A DNA stretch of 61,698 bases from Actinomycetota bacterium (GTDB lineage Bacteria; Actinomycetota; CADDZG01; WHSQ01): NCBI GenBank assembly GCA_035540935.1, contig DATLFS010000118.1, positions 1 through 61,698 on the forward strand, read 5' to 3'. The translations under genes were made by a program, and so were the position numbers. The notes beneath the pieces were generated by a model. The model was not told where the DNA came from. It saw nothing but the letters and a program-made list of their open reading frames with translations, and did no database searches. Within the stretch, counting starts at the first letter, position 1. Each line of letters starts with the position of its first letter. This document shows, piece by piece, positions 45,151 through 53,983 of this stretch.

Positions 45151-46193
45151 ACCCTCTCCCGCTCCTGATCGACCTTGTTCTTCAGATACTCGAAGAGCTC
45201 ACGCTCCCACGCCGGATGCGACCCCGGTTTCTGCACCGTTGCTGCATCGCGGTTGTCGCGGAAGTCCTCGAGCGCGGCGCGAGTGTCGTAACGCGGGACG
45301 AACCCGAGCCGCTCGCGAGCGCGCCGGATGTCGACGACGCGGCCGTGCACGATGAGGTTCAGCTGGTCGACCGGGAAGTCGACGAGACCCGTCCGGCGCA
45401 GTACGTCGGCCGTCACAGCGGCCGCAGGAAGGAGAAGCGGGAGCCGGCGCCGCCCGAGTATGCGGATAGCCTGCGAGAGATAGACGATCCCCCCGCCGGC
45501 GATGTTGAAGATGCCGCGCGCGTCGTCGTCCAGTGCCAGCCACAACGCCTCGACCGCGTCCTCCTCGTGGAGGAGTTGGAGCCGCGGGTCGAACCCGAGC
45601 GCGGTCGGGATCACCGGCAGTGACAGATAGCCGGCCAGGCTGGTCCGGACGGTCGGACCCACGACGTTCTGCGTACGCAGGATGACGAGCGCCACGTCCG
45701 GACGGCGACGGCCGAAGTCACGCACGTACGTCTCGGCCTCCGCGCAGTCGCGGCCGTAGCCCCGAAGGTCCGTCTGCTGCGCCGCGTGGTCCTCCGAGAT
45801 GATCGAGGGCTCCCCCGGCTGCATGCCGTACACCGCGGTCGACGATTTCACGACCACGCGCCGGATGCGGCGCGCTCGCTGCGCCGCAGCCAACAGCTGC
45901 ATCGTCCCGATGACGTTGTTCTCCTTCATCCCGGCGCGGCCACCGAGGCGCGCCGGTTCCGATGCGATGTTGGTATGGACGATCGTGTCGACTTTCGTCG
46001 CCTCGACCACGCGAGCGATCAGCGGGTTGCGGATGTCACACCGGACGAACTCCATGTTCTCTACCGGAACGACGGGCTCGTCCAGATCGACGCCGACGAC
46101 GTCGACGTCCTCGTGCTCGAGACGCTTCGCCAGACGCAGTCCTAGGAAACGCGACACCCCTGTGATCAATATGCGCCGGCGCATCGCGGCCAT
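45147..46193 (-). CDS. NAD-dependent epimerase/dehydratase (extended SDR)
   Basis: ILITGVSRFLG Rossmann motif and YxxxK region. 4-nt overlap with the downstream acyltransferase gene. Confidence 0.85.
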   Translation of the reverse strand: MAAMRRRILITGVSRFLGLRLAKRLEHEDVDVVGVDLDEPVVPVENMEFVRCDIRNPLIARVVEATKVDTIVHTNIASEPARLGGRAGMKENNVIGTMQLLAAAQRARRIRRVVVKSSTAVYGMQPGEPSIISEDHAAQQTDLRGYGRDCAEAETYVRDFGRRRPDVALVILRTQNVVGPTVRTSLAGYLSLPVIPTALGFDPRLQLLHEEDAVEALWLALDDDARGIFNIAGGGIVYLSQAIRILGRRRLPLLLPAAAVTADVLRRTGLVDFPVDQLNLIVHGRVVDIRRARERLGFVPRYDTRAALEDFRDNRDAATVQKPGSHPAWERELFEYLKNKVDQERERV

Positions 46194-46201
46194 CTGCTCC
46201 C

Positions 46202-47020
46202 CTAGACGCTCGTGGGTCCGACGATCGCGGTCGACCCGGGCCGGGCCCGGAGCTGGGCTCCGGCGTCTCCCTTGTTCACGGCGAGGCTGAGGTATCGGTA
46301 CGAGTCCTCGACGAGGACGAACTCGCCCGCTTGGACGTCGGCGAAGCTGCCGCCCAAGGGAACGTTCAGGCGGTGGCCCTCGAGCCTGACCTCGAGGCGC
46401 TTGCCGCCGGCGAGACCGACCTCCTCGAGCTGGCTCAGTCCGAGATTGAGCTGGAGGTTCCCGAAGCGGTCCACCTGCAGCACCTCCGCGTGGAGATGGT
46501 CGTCGTGGATCCAGGCCGCCGGTATCTCGAGGTCGACCAGCTCGCTCGCGGGGATCTCCGGGCCCAGCTCGCGCGGATCGACCCCGTTGGCTATGTGGGC
46601 CGTAGCCGGCGCGAAAACATCACGACCCTGGAAGGTCCGTGACACGGGCCGCAGCAAGAAAGACTCGTCCTCGATCCCGTAGGCGCGCCGGATGCCGCCG
46701 GCCTCCCGCGCCGCCGGAAGCAGCAGACCATTGTCGGGACCGACGAAGACCTCGTCCCATCCGGTGACGATCGCGACGGCGCGCCGCTCCGACCCGACGG
46801 TGGGATCCACGACCGCGAGGTGGACCGAATCCGGCATGTACGGAAGCGCCTGCTTGAGCACGACGGCCCCATGACGTATGTCCTGGCGGAGGATCCCGTG
46901 ATGCACGTCGACGATGCGGAGGTGCGGGGCGATGCGCAACATCACTCCGTGGCACACGCCGACGAACTCGTCTTCGAGACCGTAGTCGGAGAGGAACGTG
47001 ACTATCCCGCGCTTCTTCAC
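46202..47020 (-). CDS. SAM hydroxide adenosyltransferase / SAM hydrolase (DUF62, chlorinase/fluorinase-like)
   Basis: N-terminus IVTFLSDYGLEDEFVGVCHGV and the overall two-domain length typical of this family. Confidence 0.75.
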   Translation of the reverse strand: MKKRGIVTFLSDYGLEDEFVGVCHGVMLRIAPHLRIVDVHHGILRQDIRHGAVVLKQALPYMPDSVHLAVVDPTVGSERRAVAIVTGWDEVFVGPDNGLLLPAAREAGGIRRAYGIEDESFLLRPVSRTFQGRDVFAPATAHIANGVDPRELGPEIPASELVDLEIPAAWIHDDHLHAEVLQVDRFGNLQLNLGLSQLEEVGLAGGKRLEVRLEGHRLNVPLGGSFADVQAGEFVLVEDSYRYLSLAVNKGDAGAQLRARPGSTAIVGPTSV

Positions 47021-47064
47021 GCCGGAATCCTACCGTCGCGCCCGGAACGTCCCCAGAAAGAATA

Positions 47065-47094
47065 TTGACGCCGTCCCGCGCGCCTTCCTAGACT
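47065..47094 (+). promoter_or_regulatory. Candidate promoter for whiB
   Basis: TTGACG (47065-70), 18-nt spacer, TAGACT (47089-94), about 55 nt upstream of the whiB ATG. Confidence 0.35.
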
Positions 47095-47149
47095 TCCAAC
47101 TCCCTCTGCTTCGCCACGAGGCAGCCGAACCAGGAGCCGCCCCATCAGC

Positions 47150-47383
47150 ATGCGAACGAACGTGATCGAGCGCGACGAGGTCTGGCGGCAAGCCGCCGCG
47201 TGCCTTGAGCATCCGGTCGAGGTCTTCTATCCACAGCCCGACGAAGATGCGCGCGATGCGCTCCTCGTTTGCAGGGACTGCGCGGTACGGAAGCCGTGCC
47301 TAGAGGCCGCGCTGGCTGCGGGCGAGACGTTCGGGATCTGGGGCGGCCTCACGCCGGCGGAGCGACAGACGTTGGGGCGCTGA
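47150..47383 (+). CDS. whiB: WhiB family [4Fe-4S] transcription factor
   Basis: Four Cys (C...CRDCAVRKPC) and the GIWGG turn. 77 aa. Confidence 0.9.
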   Translation: MRTNVIERDEVWRQAAACLEHPVEVFYPQPDEDARDALLVCRDCAVRKPCLEAALAAGETFGIWGGLTPAERQTLGR

Positions 47384-47386
47384 CCC

Positions 47387-47488
47387 CTACTTACCTTGCT
47401 GTCTGCGCTGCCAGCGCGTCTTCTTCAGCATCTTGCGATGCTTCTTCTTGCGCATCTTCTTGCGTCGCTTCTTGATGAGTGACGGCAT
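47387..47488 (-). CDS. bS22-type small ribosomal protein (33 aa, highly basic); not in the ORF track
   Basis: Reverse strand translates to MPSLIKKRRKKMRKKKHRKMLKKTRWQRRQQGK*. Closely resembles the mycobacterial bS22 sequence ([33 protein letters not shown]) as I recall it. Confidence 0.75.
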   Translation of the reverse strand: MPSLIKKRRKKMRKKKHRKMLKKTRWQRRQQGK

Positions 47489-47517
47489 ACCAACCTCTCT
47501 TTCTCAGACGAGCCGGG

Positions 47518-48414
47518 TCATTCCGTCCCGAAGAGCTGCCGGAGATCGACCGGCCCTCGGGAGCGACCCGACAGATCCATCCTTATCGAGCCGAGACGCA
47601 GACCTCGCACGCCCTGCGTCACCGGCGAAACCATCCGGAGGATGTCCTCTGCCGGGTCGTATTCGAGCACACCTATACCTACGCACCGACCGGACCCGTC
47701 CTCCATGCCCACGACGAGCGCATCGAGCAACGCGAGGTCGAAGCCCGGCGGCAGCGTCGGCATGAAGACCGTGGGCTTGACGCGCCAGCGCGACGAGCCC
47801 CTCGCGAAGTAGCCGGCGAACCTGCGTTCGCGGAGTTGGATCCGCTCCTCGACCGACCGTTCCCGGACCTCGGAGGGAACAGGGAGCTCCAGTACCTCCG
47901 CGGGCGTGAAGCGCTGCGCCATGCCGACGAGGGGTTCGAGCTCGCCGCCCCGCTCGAACGCCACGACGAAGTCGGGCCGGATGAGATCCATCTTGAAGTA
48001 TTTGAGCGTCTGCCCGTACAGACCCGAGATCAGGCTCGAGGAATCGACCACCACGAGGCGCGCTCCTTCGTCGCGCGCCGTCCAGACGAGCTTCGCCGTG
48101 CTCACCGCCATCGGCAGAAGGTGGCCCTTCGGCATCAGCGAGCCGACGAAGCCGAGCGCGTCCTCGGTGGCGAGGCCGTCGGGGGAGAGGTCGGCGGCGG
48201 ACGTGCACATCTTGAGGCCCGTGGTCGTGGGCGGCCCGACGGTCGATTGCACGACGTCGCCGTCCACGATGGCCGTCGGGATGCCGGCCGCGACGGCGCG
48301 CCGGGCGAGCTCGATCCCGAACGTCGTCTTCCCCGTGTCGAGACCGCCCATCAGGAAGACGACTCCGGGGTTCTCGAGGAGCCTGTCGTACGTCCTTTCG
48401 ATCTCGGTCTTCAT
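47518..48414 (-). CDS. Clp1/Grc3-like P-loop protein (putative polynucleotide 5'-hydroxyl kinase)
   Basis: Walker A MGGLDTGKTTF followed by VDGDVVQSTVGPPTT, which resembles the Clp1 D-x-D-x-GQ...PG segment. Confidence 0.55.
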   Translation of the reverse strand: MKTEIERTYDRLLENPGVVFLMGGLDTGKTTFGIELARRAVAAGIPTAIVDGDVVQSTVGPPTTTGLKMCTSAADLSPDGLATEDALGFVGSLMPKGHLLPMAVSTAKLVWTARDEGARLVVVDSSSLISGLYGQTLKYFKMDLIRPDFVVAFERGGELEPLVGMAQRFTPAEVLELPVPSEVRERSVEERIQLRERRFAGYFARGSSRWRVKPTVFMPTLPPGFDLALLDALVVGMEDGSGRCVGIGVLEYDPAEDILRMVSPVTQGVRGLRLGSIRMDLSGRSRGPVDLRQLFGTE

Positions 48415-48432
48415 TCGACGCTCACCCCATAC

Positions 48433-48462
48433 ACAAAAAAGAGACCGCCCGCGGGGGCGGTC
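48433..48462 (-). terminator. Rho-independent terminator after the HTH gene
   Basis: On the minus strand: GACCGCCC-CCGC-GGGCGGTC followed by TCTTTTTTGTGT. Confidence 0.7.
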
Positions 48463-48484
48463 CTCACGGTCGGAACCCGGTGCG

Positions 48485-48703
48485 TCAGCCCGCGTCCATG
48501 TACCGCTGCTCGAGGTAGCGGCGGACGTCTTCCGCCTTCAGGCGATAGCCACGTCCGACCCGCACCGCCCGGAGATCACCCGACTTGATGAGCCGGTAGA
48601 CCGTCATGTTCGACACCCGCAACTGCCGGGCCACCTCCGCCACCGTCACGAAATGCCCGAGTGAACCCGAGGCGTCGATGGGATCGGAAGGCGGCTGGCT
48701 CAT
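48485..48703 (-). CDS. Excisionase-family (MerR-like) helix-turn-helix DNA-binding protein
   Basis: VTVAEVARQLRVSNMTVYRLIKSGDLRAVRVGRGYRL, typical of the TIGR01764-type HTH. 72 aa. Confidence 0.8.
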   Translation of the reverse strand: MSQPPSDPIDASGSLGHFVTVAEVARQLRVSNMTVYRLIKSGDLRAVRVGRGYRLKAEDVRRYLEQRYMDAG

Positions 48704-48748
48704 GTCGCCGGCAGTATAGCAAGGGCGATTTTCCGTGCCCGAGCCGCC

Positions 48749-49699
48749 TCAGAGCAGGAAGACGCCGTCCTCGACCACCGTGGCGCCGTCGATGCGAAGC
48801 GTCGGCGCGGTCAGGATCGCGTCCTGGTGCGACGAGACCCGCACCGACCCTCCGAAGGAATGGTTGTCGCCGAAAGCTACGTGGACGCTCCCCAGGATCT
48901 TCTCGTCCTCGAGGACGTTCCCCGTGAGGGTCGCGGCCTCGTTCGTGCCGATACCGAGCTCCGCCACCGCGAACGCCTCGCGGCCGTGCGGCGCGAGAAC
49001 CTCTCTGAACCGCTCCGCCTCGGCGCCGGTCATATCGATCGCGTAACCGTCCTCGATCGTGATCGTGATGGGCGATCTCAGCCGACCGACGGGCCAGACC
49101 GTGCCGTCGACCACGAGGGTGCCGTTCGTCCGTCCCTCCACCGGAGCGATGAAGCCCTCGCCGGCGGGGAGGTTGCCGAAAGCGCCCGGCGCGCTCAGGT
49201 CGCCGGTGTCGGCGATGCCGTCACGCCCCTCGATGGAGATCGTCAGATCGGTGCCGATCGAGGACGTGATCGTGACGGAGCTGCCTTTCGTCAGCAGCTC
49301 GGCGGCCGCCTCCGAGCGCCGCTTCACCTCGGCGTAATCGGCCGACATGGTACGGACGAGCATGTCCTCGGTGACCTCCGGCATCGTCGCCGCTCTCGCC
49401 CCGCGCTCGGAGGCAGCCCGGCGCGCCGCCGTATGCGAGACGCTCTTCGTCGTCGGCGCCAGCAGGACATCGCAGGCGAGCATGGCGGAGGCGATCGCAG
49501 GAGGAGGCTCCGTCCCGTGCGTGACCCGCTCCGCCATCTCCGCCAGCACCGCCTCGGCCTCCAGCTCCCGCGCGGCTGCAACCAAGGCGTCACCGATCGG
49601 GCGCCGTTTCGGATCCGTCACGACGAGGACGTTCTCGCCGGCGCCGACCTTCAGACAATCGACGAGGACGGTCCTCACCGCGCGGGAGATGTCGCTCAC
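48749..49699 (-). CDS. Aminopeptidase (M29/AmpS-like family)
   Basis: 316 aa from the GTG that overlaps the upstream stop. Motifs GNLPAGEGFIAP, GTNE, HVAFGDN. The rest of ORF 48749..50707 is an artefact. Confidence 0.55.
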   Translation of the reverse strand: MSDISRAVRTVLVDCLKVGAGENVLVVTDPKRRPIGDALVAAARELEAEAVLAEMAERVTHGTEPPPAIASAMLACDVLLAPTTKSVSHTAARRAASERGARAATMPEVTEDMLVRTMSADYAEVKRRSEAAAELLTKGSSVTITSSIGTDLTISIEGRDGIADTGDLSAPGAFGNLPAGEGFIAPVEGRTNGTLVVDGTVWPVGRLRSPITITIEDGYAIDMTGAEAERFREVLAPHGREAFAVAELGIGTNEAATLTGNVLEDEKILGSVHVAFGDNHSFGGSVRVSSHQDAILTAPTLRIDGATVVEDGVFLL

Positions 49700-50475
49700 A
49701 GCTCGTCCCTCATCGCCGCGTTCACGACCGTCCACGCGGGCTCGTAGGCGCGCGGAAGGCGGTTGTCGTCGAGAGGGACGATCACGTCGATCCGGCCCTC
49801 GGCAGCCGCTATCGCGAGCGCGGGATCGTTGATGTCCATCACCGCGACTGTACGTATGCCCCGTTCGATCGCGGCACCGGCGAAGCCGTGATCGCCGAGG
49901 ACGATGTCGGGCCGCGGGTCGACCTCGAGCAACGCCTCCATCGCGGAGGCGGAGTGAGTGTGAAGGAGCGCGCCCCAATCGGCGAGGCACGCCACGCCTC
50001 CGATGTACCTCACCTCGCGGGGCTTGCGGCCGGGAAGGGGCAGCGACTCGTCTTCGAGAGGACGGAGGACCTTTCCGCCAAGGTCCCGGTAAGCGGACGC
50101 GATCTCCATGTAGCACTCGAGCATCCCGGTGGGATGTCCCGTAGCGACGAGGAGGAGCGCACCCGCGCGTGCAGCTTCGCCCAGGGCGCGACCTGCCTCG
50201 ACCAGCCCTTGCATCGTCAGATCGGGATCGATCCGGTCGAATCCTTCGACGTCGTCGGGGTCCGTCCAGCAGCCGGTGAGCCGCGACACAAGGCCGAGTA
50301 CCTCTCGGGGGGAGTGGCGGTCGAGGCCGCTCAAACCGAACGTGTCGTCGGTGTCCCCCGAGATGACCTCGTTGATCTTCTTCAAGACGTTCGCCCTCGA
50401 GTGAGAGCGATGCGCGCCGGTGATGCCGGCAGCTTCGAGCTCTTCGCGCGCGCGTTCCAGGATCTCGTGGGGCAT
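49696..50475 (-). CDS. Conserved hypothetical protein
   Basis: 259 aa with good coding character. Coupled to the aminopeptidase gene (GTGA overlap). No family recognised with confidence. Confidence 0.5.
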   Translation of the reverse strand: MPHEILERAREELEAAGITGAHRSHSRANVLKKINEVISGDTDDTFGLSGLDRHSPREVLGLVSRLTGCWTDPDDVEGFDRIDPDLTMQGLVEAGRALGEAARAGALLLVATGHPTGMLECYMEIASAYRDLGGKVLRPLEDESLPLPGRKPREVRYIGGVACLADWGALLHTHSASAMEALLEVDPRPDIVLGDHGFAGAAIERGIRTVAVMDINDPALAIAAAEGRIDVIVPLDDNRLPRAYEPAWTVVNAAMRDEL

Positions 50476-50511
50476 GCGACGATCCTACGGGCCACCAAGA
50501 GGAGGTTTGAC

Positions 50512-51276
50512 ATGTCGCTGGAGCGCTTCTCCCTCCAAGGCAAGGTCGCGGTCGTGACGGGTGCGTCCCGCGGGATCGGCCGCGCGATCGCCGTTGGTTT
50601 CGCGCAAGCAGGCGCGGACGTGGCGGTAGCAGCGCGCAGTGCTCCCGATCTCGACGCGCTCGTCGACGAGATCGAGGGCACCGGCACCCGAGGACTCGCC
50701 GTCCCAACGGATGTGACGGAGCGGGCCCAGATCGAGGCTCTGATCGACCGGACCGTGAGCACCTTCGGGGGGATCGACATCCTCGTCAACAACGCCGGCG
50801 GCACGAGGTTCATGGCGCCGATCGTCGCGTTGCGCCCGGAGGGATGGGACAAGGCGATGCGGCTGAATCTGGACTCGGTCTTCCATGCGACGCAGCTCGC
50901 GGCGCAGCGGATGGTCGAGCGGGGAGGCGGCTCGATAATCCAGGTCTCCTCGATCGCCGGGCTCGAGGGTGCGCAGGGCCTCTCCTTCTACTCGGCCGCG
51001 AAGGGCGGCGTACGTCTCCTGTCGCAAGCGGTAGCGAAAGAGCTGGCGACCTCGAAGGTGCGGGTCAACTCGATCGCGCCCGGGTGGGTCGCGACGGACC
51101 TGAACGCGAACATGCGCCAAGACGAAGCGTCCGACCGCTTCATCACCGACATGATCCCGATGGGTAGGTGGGGCGACGTAGACGAGATCGTCGGCGCGGC
51201 GATCTTCCTCGCCTCCGATGCGGCCTCGTTCGTCACGGGGACGACGCTCGTCGTCGACGGAGGTCAGACGGCCTGA
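50512..51276 (+). CDS. Short-chain dehydrogenase/reductase (FabG-like)
   Basis: AGGAGG RBS. TGASRGIG, NNAG, and S...YxxxK (YSAAKGG). Confidence 0.9.
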   Translation: MSLERFSLQGKVAVVTGASRGIGRAIAVGFAQAGADVAVAARSAPDLDALVDEIEGTGTRGLAVPTDVTERAQIEALIDRTVSTFGGIDILVNNAGGTRFMAPIVALRPEGWDKAMRLNLDSVFHATQLAAQRMVERGGGSIIQVSSIAGLEGAQGLSFYSAAKGGVRLLSQAVAKELATSKVRVNSIAPGWVATDLNANMRQDEASDRFITDMIPMGRWGDVDEIVGAAIFLASDAASFVTGTTLVVDGGQTA

Positions 51277-51277
51277 T

Positions 51278-52468
51278 TCAGTGCGTGCACCCACCGGTGT
51301 CGACCGGTGCGGTGGAACGCGCCCCTAGCTCGACCTCGTCTTCGACCTCCGAGCCGGTGAGCGCGTACCCGACGCCCCCGTCGGTCGTAGAGGCCGCGAA
51401 GACGACGCCGGCGACGTTGCCGTTCGGGAGGACGAACGGGCCTCCCGAATCTCCTTGCCGGACCGGCGCCCGCAGCTCATAGACCTCACGATCGACCCGG
51501 TCGCGCCCGTAGATGTCCCGCCCGGTGGCGGTGTAACGCGCCTGCACCGCGGCACGGTGTGTGACGAGGCGGCCTTGCTCGGCGCCGGGGTAACCCAGCG
51601 TCGCGCCCGCGCGGCCTCGGTCGTAGGAGGTCGTGTCGAGCGACAGTTCCGGCGCGCCGAGGCCCTGAGTGCGGAGGATGGCTATGTCCGTGGCGGCATC
51701 GAAGAGCACGACGGTCGCCGGCACCTCGCGGCCGAAGCGATCCTGGACTCGCACCGAGCCGGGGTCACCGCCGGCCACCACGTGCGCATTGGTCACGACG
51801 GTCTCAGGTGCGGCGACCCAGCCGGATCCGAGCTGCATGCCGCCGCACGCGGGAACCGAGATGCGCAACGTGGACTCCTGGGCCGCCTCGACCGCACGCC
51901 TCGCCTGACGGTTGGACGGCAGGTCGACGGGTTCGCTGAGCGGCGGCGGCAACCCCGCGAAGACCTGCGGGAAGCCCGACGTCTGGAGGTACTGACGGAC
52001 GAGCGCGAGGACGTCCGGCGGCTGCGGCAGCGTGGAGTTCACCGCGCGCAAGATCGTCGACCGGCCAAACGCGCGCGCGAGCGCCGGACTCGGGGCGGCG
52101 ACGAGGAGCGAGCCGACGAGCCAGAAGACGATCAGCGTGACGCCGGTCCCGAAGGCGGCGCCGAGACCGGCATCTACCCGGCCGAGCTTCGCATTCCGTG
52201 CCGCCCGCCCGAAGCGGTGTCCCACTACGAATCCGAGCGTTTGTCCGATCGACAGGAACAGGAAGACGACCACGAGGGATATCAGCGCCCCCTGAAGCCC
52301 CGGCGCGCTGCTGACCGCGCCCGCGATGCGCGGGCCGAACACGAGCCCGGCCAGCAGGCCGATGAATCCGCCGCCGAGTTCGAAAGCCTGGCCGACGAGG
52401 CCGCGCCGCCACCCGCGGGCGGCCGCCGCCACCACCAGGAGCAAGATCGCGACGTCGACCAGGTTCAC
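51278..52468 (-). CDS. MarP-like membrane serine protease (CvpA domain plus trypsin-like S1 domain)
   Basis: N-terminal CvpA-like TM region (VNLVDVAILLLVVAAAARGWRRG). Catalytic H (VTNAHVV), D, and GDSGGP. Confidence 0.8.
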   Translation of the reverse strand: MNLVDVAILLLVVAAAARGWRRGLVGQAFELGGGFIGLLAGLVFGPRIAGAVSSAPGLQGALISLVVVFLFLSIGQTLGFVVGHRFGRAARNAKLGRVDAGLGAAFGTGVTLIVFWLVGSLLVAAPSPALARAFGRSTILRAVNSTLPQPPDVLALVRQYLQTSGFPQVFAGLPPPLSEPVDLPSNRQARRAVEAAQESTLRISVPACGGMQLGSGWVAAPETVVTNAHVVAGGDPGSVRVQDRFGREVPATVVLFDAATDIAILRTQGLGAPELSLDTTSYDRGRAGATLGYPGAEQGRLVTHRAAVQARYTATGRDIYGRDRVDREVYELRAPVRQGDSGGPFVLPNGNVAGVVFAASTTDGGVGYALTGSEVEDEVELGARSTAPVDTGGCTH

Positions 52469-52854
52469 CCGACGCCGAGTCCGGTCATCAGAGCGCGGGC
52501 CGTGAGGCCGAAGTTCACGAAAGCTGCGATCCCGAAGAGAGCCCACGGGATCTGCCGCCATCTCTCCGAGCGCGCCCGGACGTGTGCCCACACCAGCACC
52601 GCGGCCGGGAAGAACGCTCCGTAGAAGTAGTGGAGGAATCCAAGGCGATCCCCCGGCGCCGCGCGGCCGCCTCCGGCGAACATCACTGCACCTACGACGA
52701 ACTGGACCGCGATGACGACCTGGAGCACGGCGAGGAGGTGCCAGAAGAGCTCGCGGGGGTTGCGGTTCCTGATGAACGCGACGAGCGCCCAGAGCGCGAG
52801 CAACAAGAAGCCGCTGGGGATCGCGTAGCCGATGTAGAGATGGATCTGTCTCAC
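52465..52854 (-). CDS. Hypothetical 4-TM membrane protein
   Basis: 129 aa, hydrophobic. 4-nt overlap with the MarP-like gene. Confidence 0.5.
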   Translation of the reverse strand: MRQIHLYIGYAIPSGFLLLALWALVAFIRNRNPRELFWHLLAVLQVVIAVQFVVGAVMFAGGGRAAPGDRLGFLHYFYGAFFPAAVLVWAHVRARSERWRQIPWALFGIAAFVNFGLTARALMTGLGVG

Positions 52855-52864
52855 GCCGTGGAGC

Positions 52865-53983
52865 CTACGCTCGGGCGAGCCGCTCTAGCCGCGGCAGGCA
52901 CGCGTCCAGTACCCGCGCGATCGACCGCTCGACGTCGTCGCGCCGCGGCCGCGCCACCTCGTCGGGAGCGCGGTCGTTAAGCCACTCTGCGGGGATCTGC
53001 TCGGGCGCGCCGACCATCTCCGCGAAGTGCATCGTCCAGACCTTCGGGACGATGGTCTCGGCCTGATAGCCGCCGCCGCCCGTGGCCACCCAGCGCCCCT
53101 CGCACACCTCATGCGCCACATCATGGAGGACGCGCGCCATCGGCGGATACGCGCCCATCGTCAGGGCAAGGTTCGCGAGCGGGTCGCCGTGATGAGTGTC
53201 GGCTCCGAGCTGAGTCACGAGGACGTGCGGGCGGAACGCGCGCGCGAGCTCGGGGACCAGCCGTCGCAGTGCGTGGAGATAGTCGTCGTCACCCGTGTAG
53301 GGAAGCAGCGGGATGTTCGCCGCGGTTCCGAGAGCGCCGTCACCCCCGATCTCGTCTTCGAAGCCCGTCCCCGGATAGAGGTAGCGGCCGGACTGGTGCA
53401 GAGACACCGTCAAGACCCGCGGCTCGTCGTAGAAGATCCACTGAACGCCGTCCCCGTGATGCACGTCTACGTCGACGTACATCACACGCCATTCCGGATG
53501 CATCGCGAGCAGCCGCGCGATGGCGATCGCAGGATCGTCATAGATGCAGAAACCCGACGCCTCCCGACGCCTGGCGTGATGCAGCCCGCCCGCGGGATTG
53601 AACGCGTGCTCGAACCCGCCGGAGCCGATCGCCTCGGCCGCGGTCAGAGACGCGCCCGCCACCGCCGAGGACGCCTCGTGCATGTCGGCGAAGATCGGAT
53701 TGTCGGGCGTGCCGAGGCCGAACTCCAGCGCTCGCTCCGGCGCCAGAGCTCCCGCGTCGACGGCCTTGACCGCTTCGACGAAGGCGCGGTCGTGGACTGC
53801 GAGAACCTCCTCCTCGGTCGCCACACGCGCCGGCACCTCACGCACGTTGGAACGCATCAAGCCGCGCTCTGCGATGTGCTCGTAGGTGAGCAGCACGCGT
53901 TCGGGGCGAAGCGGATGCGTCGCCCCGAAGTCGTATTTCCTCGCGATGTCCTCGACGACGACGAGCGCGACGCTTTCGCTCAC
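52865..53983 (-). CDS. Histone deacetylase-family enzyme (AcuC/acetylpolyamine amidohydrolase-like)
   Basis: GGLHHARRREASGFCIYDD and DVDVHHGDG motifs. GTG start overlaps the ALDH stop. Confidence 0.85.
   Translation of the reverse strand: MSESVALVVVEDIARKYDFGATHPLRPERVLLTYEHIAERGLMRSNVREVPARVATEEEVLAVHDRAFVEAVKAVDAGALAPERALEFGLGTPDNPIFADMHEASSAVAGASLTAAEAIGSGGFEHAFNPAGGLHHARRREASGFCIYDDPAIAIARLLAMHPEWRVMYVDVDVHHGDGVQWIFYDEPRVLTVSLHQSGRYLYPGTGFEDEIGGDGALGTAANIPLLPYTGDDDYLHALRRLVPELARAFRPHVLVTQLGADTHHGDPLANLALTMGAYPPMARVLHDVAHEVCEGRWVATGGGGYQAETIVPKVWTMHFAEMVGAPEQIPAEWLNDRAPDEVARPRRDDVERSIARVLDACLPRLERLARA

Noticed and set aside
48485-48703. The excisionase-family HTH gene as evidence of a prophage or integrative element.
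   Set aside because: No integrase, recombinase, att-like repeats, tRNA target or phage genes are nearby. Its neighbours are housekeeping genes (whiB, bS22), and small excisionase-type HTH proteins are common chromosomal regulators in Actinobacteria.
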